Source: an uncultured Bacteroidales bacterium | GTDB lineage: Bacteria > Bacteroidota > Bacteroidia > Bacteroidales > BM520 | Reading direction: 5' to 3' | Length of the DNA: 64,000 bases | NCBI GenBank assembly: GCA_964594665.1 | Contig: CAZQNY010000003.1 | Span: 3,225-67,224, forward strand | Shown: one piece after another, positions 57,827 through 64,000 of the stretch | How positions within the stretch are numbered: the first letter of the stretch is position 1 | Layout of the letters: each line of letters begins with the position of its first letter | Notes under the pieces: generated by a model | Told to the model about the DNA's origin: nothing | Seen by the model: only the letters and a program-made list of their open reading frames with translations | Database searches by the model: none | Translations under genes and position numbers: made by a program

Positions 57827-59971
57827 TTATTTCCCTGCAGAAGGAATTGTAAAACAAAAAACAGAACCCTTCCCGGGAGTACTTTCTACGGATATATCTC
57901 CTCCCATTGCCTTGACATATTCTTTGCACATTGCCAGTCCCAGGCCGGTACCTTTTTCTTCTTCAGTACCATCGGTATGGTAGTTGCTGTCGATATCAAA
58001 AATGTCATCAAGATGTTCCGGTTCAATTCCCACACCATTATCAATGACGCAAATTTTATAATGGTCATTATTTGTTTTGGCCTGAACAGTAATTTCACCT
58101 TCTTTTGGAGTAAATTTAACAGCATTGTTAAGCAGGTTAAGCAGTGCATTTCTGTACAGTTGGGTATCGCACCATGCAATACTGTTTTCCGGAAAATCAA
58201 AGTTGACAGCAAGTTTTTTTTCTCTGATTCGCATGCTGATTGTTTTTTCAATCCGTTTTGCTTCATCCAGAAGATCTGTTTGTTGTGGTTTGCTGCTAAT
58301 TCCGTTGCGTTGATTTTGTGCCCACTCCAGGAGATTTGCCATCAAGTGGGTTGTGTTTTCAACATTGAGTTTCAGATCACGAACCAGGTCTTTGAATTGT
58401 TCACCGGAGAAATCAAAACTATCATCTTCAAGAATAGTAAGGTAAGAATGAATGGTGCTTAAAGGACTTTTTAAGTCATGGGCGATTATGGAGAGGAGTT
58501 TATCCTTTGTGTTAATTGTTTGGCGGAGTTTTTTATTTCTCATCTCAACCAGCGATTTTTGATGATCAATCTCTGCTCTTGATTCACGAAGCTGTTGGGT
58601 TAGCTTTTGTTGTTTTTTATATAAATTAAAAATCAAAGCCAGCAAAACAATGAGCACTACCAGGCTAATGATGACTTGTATGAGTGCGATACGTTGCTTC
58701 TTGATAATGGCTTTATTAAGTTGATTTTGCTCTTTCAGGCTTTCATTTTCCTGAGCTGCTTTTTCAGTTTCATACTGAACTTTAAGTTCACTGATTTGAT
58801 TCGACTGGATTTGGCTATAAAGTGAATCTACGATTTTTTGATAGTGATTAAAATTTTCTTCAAGGATATCGGCGGAAGAGAATCGGGCATCCAGAAAGAG
58901 TTTGTATTTCATTGCGTTAACCTCGAATTCCAGAAAACCGCCTTCTTTTGCCATTTTTATTCCTTCATTGATGTAAAAGGAAGCGGATTGATAATTGCCA
59001 AGCTGATATTCAACAACACCAAGATTTATAGATACAGCAACCTTTGCCTTGAAAAAGTCGGAAATATTATCATTACGAAGTACCTGAAAATAGATATCCC
59101 GGGCTTCCTGTGGTTTTTTTTCTGCTTCATAAACATTTCCGGTATTAAGCATTGCTACCAGCCAGGAGAAAGGCATTTTTTGTTGCAGGGCTAATTCGGC
59201 TGATTTTTGATAATAATAAATTGCGCTATCCGGGTTATTCAATAACTCAAGGTACAGGCGGCCAAGGTTATTGTAAAAACGTTGATTTGAGGGCTGCCCG
59301 GGTTCATCTTCAATGGCTAAGCCTTGTAGCATGGTACTTCTTGCAGCTTCAACATATTGAATTTTAAAATATGCTATGCCAAGCAGGTTCAGTATGTTTT
59401 TTAATTCAATATTATTATTATTGGAAGAATAATACTGTTTAAGGTTTTTGAAATTTTCAATTGCCGAAGGATAATTGCCCTGTGCCATATACTGCCTTGC
59501 CTTTTCCCGAAGGGCAATTGCTATATAAGCACTATCACCGGATAATTCTGCCAGGGCATATCCTTTATCAAAAAAATAATCCATCGAATCCTTCTTTCCA
59601 AGGTTATCCATTAGCGAGCAAAATTCAATGTTTATCTTTGATTCAAATGCTGGGTTTTCTTTTTCATCGGTATATTCCAAAGCGCGGTAGAAAAAGTATT
59701 TTGCCGAATCAATACTGTTGTGATCACGATATCGCAGTGCAAGACGAAAAGACAAATCTCCGGATAGCGAGTCCAAACCATACTTTATGCTGGTATCGTA
59801 AGCCGATTTGAAGATATTAATTCTTTCATCTAAACCCATTTCCGGATTTTTCTCTGTTTTTGCTACTGTTTCAGCTACAGTTTTCTTTATGGTTTGAATA
59901 TCCTGAGCATTGCATGGGAAAGGTGCTGTGCCAATTAGAAATAAAAAGATTAAAAGGATCAATTCTTTCAT
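57827..59971 (-). CDS. TPR-repeat sensor histidine kinase
   Basis: 714 aa. Signal peptide, TPR-like repeats, one TM (IALIQVIISLVVLIVLLALIF). H-box IIAHDLKSPLS. HATPase NLLNNAVKF...GTGLGLAMC. Confidence 0.88.
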   Translation of the reverse strand: MKELILLIFLFLIGTAPFPCNAQDIQTIKKTVAETVAKTEKNPEMGLDERINIFKSAYDTSIKYGLDSLSGDLSFRLALRYRDHNSIDSAKYFFYRALEYTDEKENPAFESKINIEFCSLMDNLGKKDSMDYFFDKGYALAELSGDSAYIAIALREKARQYMAQGNYPSAIENFKNLKQYYSSNNNNIELKNILNLLGIAYFKIQYVEAARSTMLQGLAIEDEPGQPSNQRFYNNLGRLYLELLNNPDSAIYYYQKSAELALQQKMPFSWLVAMLNTGNVYEAEKKPQEARDIYFQVLRNDNISDFFKAKVAVSINLGVVEYQLGNYQSASFYINEGIKMAKEGGFLEFEVNAMKYKLFLDARFSSADILEENFNHYQKIVDSLYSQIQSNQISELKVQYETEKAAQENESLKEQNQLNKAIIKKQRIALIQVIISLVVLIVLLALIFNLYKKQQKLTQQLRESRAEIDHQKSLVEMRNKKLRQTINTKDKLLSIIAHDLKSPLSTIHSYLTILEDDSFDFSGEQFKDLVRDLKLNVENTTHLMANLLEWAQNQRNGISSKPQQTDLLDEAKRIEKTISMRIREKKLAVNFDFPENSIAWCDTQLYRNALLNLLNNAVKFTPKEGEITVQAKTNNDHYKICVIDNGVGIEPEHLDDIFDIDSNYHTDGTEEEKGTGLGLAMCKEYVKAMGGDISVESTPGKGSVFCFTIPSAGK

Positions 59972-60098
59972 GTTGTATCGTGATTAGTATGGTTATCTAC
60001 AAATATATGGAAAAAATTGTTTTTTTTCTTTTGAATCTTTTCTTTTGACAAAATTAATATTGGATGAAAAATTTTATCTTGGCCCCAATTAATCGGTT

Positions 60099-60518
60099 AT
60101 GAGAAAATCAGAATTTAGTTTGGAGAAGATTAATGAGCTGAATAAGGCGAGTATGGTCAGCCATTTAGGGATTCGTATTACCCATTGTTCAGAAGGCATT
60201 GTAGAGGCAACAATGCCTGTTGATGAGCGTACACAGCAGCCATTGGGTTTCCTGCATGGTGGTGCTTCCCTGGCATTGGCCGAAACCGTTGCCAGTATCG
60301 GTTCATTGGTAATGGCAGATACCAATGAGTACCATATTTTTGGTGTTCAGGTTTCTGCAAACCATACGAATACTGCCCGTACCGGCGATGTTTATGCGAA
60401 AGCGACCTTAATTAATAAAAGTAAAAGCACGCATGTGTGGAATTGCGATATTTCTTCTGTTACAGGAAAACTTATTTCTACAGCCCGCGTTACTATTGCA
60501 ATAGTGAAGAAGAAATAA
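60099..60518 (+). CDS. PaaI-family hotdog-fold thioesterase, candidate 1,4-dihydroxy-2-naphthoyl-CoA hydrolase by context
   Basis: 139 aa. GFLHGGASLALAETVAS motif. Its stop is 1 nt before the menF ATG. Confidence 0.75.
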   Translation: MRKSEFSLEKINELNKASMVSHLGIRITHCSEGIVEATMPVDERTQQPLGFLHGGASLALAETVASIGSLVMADTNEYHIFGVQVSANHTNTARTGDVYAKATLINKSKSTHVWNCDISSVTGKLISTARVTIAIVKKK

Positions 60519-60519
60519 C

Positions 60520-61611
60520 ATGAATTTTACTGAAGCTATCGGATATTGTGCTGAGAGAAATATTCCTTTTGCGGTCTGGAGAAATCCTGCTGAGGATGAA
60601 GCATTTTTACTGGTTCAAAAAGGTAATATCAATCAAATATCATTAACGTCAATATTATTAGATAAGACTAAGGGTTTTCTTTTTCATCCTTTTTCCTCGG
60701 GGAATGAGAAAGCTGTTTTTATTGTTGCAGATCATGTTTTTTCGGATCGGGATCATGATTTTTCCATTTTAGAGAGATATAAAAACCCCTTGACTCCTTC
60801 TCCTGATACTGAATTTTATATTGCTACAGAAACAGAATTCCGCCAACAGGTACAACAGATTGTATATGATATTGATGCCGGAAAAATAGACAAGGCTGTT
60901 TTATCACGGATTTTGGTTACAGAAAAACCTGCTGGTTTTACATTGGGAGGTTTGTTTGGAAAAATGGCAAAAGCATATCCCGATGCCTTTGTGTATGTTG
61001 TTAATACCGGGGAACAATTATGGGCCGGAGCAACGCCGGAGCCAATACTTTTGTCGCAGGAAGGCAGTTATATGACTGCTGCAGTTGCCGGAACACATGC
61101 CCTGACCGCTGCAAATATGAACTATGCCAACTGGGACAGAAAGGAGCGCAAGGAACAGGCTTTTGTAAGCGATCATGTGTTTTCATGTCTGGAACATTAT
61201 GGGATTACGGATTTTAAAGTTTTCGGTCCGGAGCCATATGCTGCCGGGAATGTATGTCATTTGAAAACAACATTTATCATTCCCGATAGCTCACTAAACG
61301 GAAGCCTTCATGATTTTCTTCTGGATCTGCATCCAACGCCTGCGGTGTGTGGTTTGCCCCAGAAATCCTCTTTTCATTACCTTCAGACACTTGAAAAGCA
61401 CGACCGTGGTTATTATTCCGGTTTTTTGGGACCGGTAAATGTTAGTTCTCCTTTATCATTGTATGTAAATCTTCGTTGTATGCGTATTGCTGAAAGGAAC
61501 GTAGCCTTATATGTTGGTGCAGGAATAACTGCAGATTCTGATCCTTTGAAAGAATGGCAGGAGACAGCTATGAAAAGTGAGACATTGCTTACTGTTTTGA
61601 ATGCGCTGTAA
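60520..61611 (+). CDS. menF: Isochorismate synthase
   Basis: 363 aa. Chorismate-binding motifs GATPEPIL, LHPTPAVCGLP and RGYYSGFLGPV. Sits in the men gene context. Confidence 0.88.
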   Translation: MNFTEAIGYCAERNIPFAVWRNPAEDEAFLLVQKGNINQISLTSILLDKTKGFLFHPFSSGNEKAVFIVADHVFSDRDHDFSILERYKNPLTPSPDTEFYIATETEFRQQVQQIVYDIDAGKIDKAVLSRILVTEKPAGFTLGGLFGKMAKAYPDAFVYVVNTGEQLWAGATPEPILLSQEGSYMTAAVAGTHALTAANMNYANWDRKERKEQAFVSDHVFSCLEHYGITDFKVFGPEPYAAGNVCHLKTTFIIPDSSLNGSLHDFLLDLHPTPAVCGLPQKSSFHYLQTLEKHDRGYYSGFLGPVNVSSPLSLYVNLRCMRIAERNVALYVGAGITADSDPLKEWQETAMKSETLLTVLNAL

Positions 61612-61636
61612 GCCGAAAATCGCTAACTTGCGCTTT

Positions 61637-63286
61637 ATGGAGCACCACCTTCAACATATATCTGATTTGGCACTTTGCTGTAAGCAATTTGGTGTTGTAC
61701 ATGTGGTAATTGCACCGGGATCCAGGAATGCTCCGCTGATACAGGCATTCACATCGATGGAATCTATAGCGTGCCACAGCATCCCTGATGAAAGGGTTGC
61801 AGGATATTTTGCCCTCGGCCTGGCCCTGGAGACTCAAAATCCTGTTGCGCTGATTTGCACCTCCGGAACGGCAACGTTAAACCTGGCACCTGCAGTAGCA
61901 GAAGCATTTTATCAGCATGTACCTCTAATAATACTTACAGCCGACCGCCCCGGCGATGTGGTGGAGACACAGCAAAATCAAACAATTCCTCAGCAGGAAA
62001 TTTTCAGTGGATTTATAAAAGGCAGTATGAGCCTGCCAAATTGTAGCTTGATTTCTGCTCTTCCCGGGCTACTGACTTTATCGACGAACCCGCATCCCGG
62101 GCCGGTGCATATAAATATTCCCACAAGAGAACCTCTTTACGAATCACTACCGTCTCCGATATATTGTGATGCTGTTTTTACCGGGCCTTCCGGGTACTCA
62201 TCAGCAGTGCCTGAGGAGCTTGAAATGTTAGTAAAGAAATCGCAACGCATTGTGGTTCTTTGTGGTCAACATGCACCCAATCAGTGGATTAGGAATGTAT
62301 TACAGGCTATTGCAGACAGTGAAAAGGCCGTTGTTGTTGCAGAGGCCATTGCCAATGTTTCGGGAGAAAGCACCTTTACCTGTACTGATACCCTGGCAGC
62401 ATGGATTGATGGTGCCCGGGAAGAAGATTTTTTGCCGGATCTGCTGATTTCCACGGGAGGACATATTGTTTCAAAACGGTGGTTACTGTGGTTGCAAAAG
62501 CATCCCGAAATGCAGCACTGGCGCATTGCTGAGGCTCCTGATCAGATCGACACCTATGGCAATCTGAAGGGAATTGTAGCAGGAAATCCCGAACTTTTAT
62601 TATCAAATTTGTTTATCCATAAGGAAAAGGCAAATCAACATTTTCTCCAGACATGGAAAAGCCTTAATGCAAATCTTTCTTCCATAACTGAGGCAACAAT
62701 CGCCATGTCGGATTTTTCGGACTTTACTGTTTTTTATACACTCTTGCATCACCTCCCTGCGAACTGCAATCTGCATCTGGGAAATGGATCAGTGGTAAGG
62801 TATGCACAGCTTTTCGACATTCATGAAAGCATTACCGTTTACAGTAACCGGGGTGTTTCCGGCATTGATGGCAGCATCTCTACAGCAGCAGGTATTAGTA
62901 AGGCCAATCCCGGGACAAAGAACATTCTCCTTATTGGTGATATGAGTTTTGTGTACGACTCCAATGCCCTATGGAACAGGAGTTTTCCTCAAAACCTTAT
63001 AATTATTGTTATCAATAACAGCGGCGGGGGAATCTTCAGGCTTATGGAGGGGCCATCAAAACACCCATGGTTTGAAGGCTATCAGGTGGCGCATCATCCG
63101 GCGAAAATTGAGAAGATTGCTGCTGCATTTGAAGTGGAATACCGTCAATGGGATTCAATAACTCAGATAAGCCATGAAATGGATGAACTTTTTTTATTCG
63201 AAAAATCTTTAATAATTGAGATTAAAACACCTGTGGGGCAGAGTGAACGAATATTTAAATCTTATTATGAAAAAATAAAAAATTAA
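61637..63286 (+). CDS. menD: 2-succinyl-5-enolpyruvyl-6-hydroxy-3-cyclohexene-1-carboxylate (SEPHCHC) synthase
   Basis: 549 aa from the ATG at 61637. [31 protein letters not shown]. ThDP motif [12 protein letters not shown]...NNSGGGIF. Confidence 0.92.
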   Translation: MEHHLQHISDLALCCKQFGVVHVVIAPGSRNAPLIQAFTSMESIACHSIPDERVAGYFALGLALETQNPVALICTSGTATLNLAPAVAEAFYQHVPLIILTADRPGDVVETQQNQTIPQQEIFSGFIKGSMSLPNCSLISALPGLLTLSTNPHPGPVHINIPTREPLYESLPSPIYCDAVFTGPSGYSSAVPEELEMLVKKSQRIVVLCGQHAPNQWIRNVLQAIADSEKAVVVAEAIANVSGESTFTCTDTLAAWIDGAREEDFLPDLLISTGGHIVSKRWLLWLQKHPEMQHWRIAEAPDQIDTYGNLKGIVAGNPELLLSNLFIHKEKANQHFLQTWKSLNANLSSITEATIAMSDFSDFTVFYTLLHHLPANCNLHLGNGSVVRYAQLFDIHESITVYSNRGVSGIDGSISTAAGISKANPGTKNILLIGDMSFVYDSNALWNRSFPQNLIIIVINNSGGGIFRLMEGPSKHPWFEGYQVAHHPAKIEKIAAAFEVEYRQWDSITQISHEMDELFLFEKSLIIEIKTPVGQSERIFKSYYEKIKN

Positions 63287-63288
63287 AT

Positions 63289-64000
63289 ATGAGCACAAAA
63301 AGAGAATGGACAACCATAAAGGAATACGAAGAGATAAAATTCGACTTTTTTGAAGGAATAGGAAGGATAACGATTAACAGACCCCGTTACCGGAATGCAT
63401 TTACCCCTGATACAACCAAAGAGATGTGTGAGGCTATGGTTATATGCCGGGAGCGTACTGATATAAATGTGGTTGTTATTACCGGAGAGGGTGACAAGGC
63501 ATTTTGCTCGGGTGGCGATCAGAATGTGAAAAGCCATGCCGGTTATATTGGAAAAGACGGCGTTCCGAGGTTAAACATACTGGATATGCAGAAACTTATC
63601 CGCAGCATTCCCAAGCCGGTAATTGCTATGGTTAACGGCTATGCCATTGGTGGTGGCCATGTGCTGCATGTTGTCTGTGATCTCTCCATTGCCAGTGAGA
63701 ATGCCATTTTTGGTCAGACTGGCCCTAAGGTGGGCAGTTTTGATGCCGGTTTTGGTTCCAGTTATCTGGCACGTGTGGTAGGACAAAAGAAGGCCAGGGA
63801 GATATGGTTCCTGTGTCGTCAGTATTCAGCCCGGGAAGCACTTGAGATGGGATTGGTAAATACCGTTGTGCCTTTTGATGAGCTTGAAGATACGGTTGTG
63901 GAGTGGGCGCACAGGATGATGGAGCACAGTCCGTTGGCATTGCGTATGATAAAAGCGGGTCTCAATGCCGAGCTCGACGGGCAGGCAGGTATCCAGGAGC
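63289..64000 (+). CDS. menB: 1,4-dihydroxy-2-naphthoyl-CoA synthase (3' end beyond the window)
   Basis: Not in the ORF track because there is no stop in the window. My translation from the ATG at 63289 reads [40 protein letters not shown]...CSGGDQNVK...[22 protein letters not shown]...[21 protein letters not shown], a classic crotonase-fold MenB. Confidence 0.92.
   Translation, partial: MSTKREWTTIKEYEEIKFDFFEGIGRITINRPRYRNAFTPDTTKEMCEAMVICRERTDINVVVITGEGDKAFCSGGDQNVKSHAGYIGKDGVPRLNILDMQKLIRSIPKPVIAMVNGYAIGGGHVLHVVCDLSIASENAIFGQTGPKVGSFDAGFGSSYLARVVGQKKAREIWFLCRQYSAREALEMGLVNTVVPFDELEDTVVEWAHRMMEHSPLALRMIKAGLNAELDGQAGIQE

Noticed and set aside
63283-63940. Three minus-strand ORFs of 71-84 aa at the right edge
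   Set aside because: They are antisense to the unlisted but unmistakable menB reading frame that starts at 63289.

Overview
The window looks like a Bacteroidota chromosome. Four secreted proteins carry T9SS-type C-terminal sorting domains, several genes have SpII lipoprotein signals, TAnnTTTG -7 boxes are present, and ileS-dksA-lspA synteny is intact. I saw no rRNA, tRNA, CRISPR array, transposase or integrase. Most of the window is ordinary core or envelope content: ileS, aspS, rnr, lspA, a thioesterase-menF-menD-menB cluster, an MltD-like LysM transglycosylase, a TetR-TolC-HlyD-ABC(2 ATPases + 2 ABC-2 permeases) efflux operon, MarR-MATE, CDF and CPA transporters, BlaI/BlaR1-TonB, Crp/Fnr, two sensor kinases and an S8 protease. 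The stand-out region is an AT-rich minus-strand block at about 9.9-17.3 kb. It holds a radical SAM enzyme abutting a GNAT + RimK-type ATP-grasp fusion. A 228-nt gap follows, then a 982-aa P-loop ATPase (Walker A in the C-terminal third, wHTH-like tail) whose stop is 11 nt from an MscS-family channel gene. I cannot assign this four-gene combination to any described pathway or defence system. The candidates are a novel osmolyte or peptide amidoligase pathway with a gated release valve, or an NTPase/ion-channel defence-like module. Upstream of the block is an unusually long gap of about 890 bp with no ORF of 60 aa or more, containing a C12A8 homopolymer tract. Other notable non-coding signals are a conserved two-hairpin motif upstream of two envelope-related transcription units (24.65 kb and 54.55 kb), a tandem hairpin repeat with GGTTATC heptads (49.96-50.14 kb), and two long perfect palindromes (55-84 and 19646-19677). 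All functional calls rest on motifs read by eye from the translations; no database search or computation was possible.
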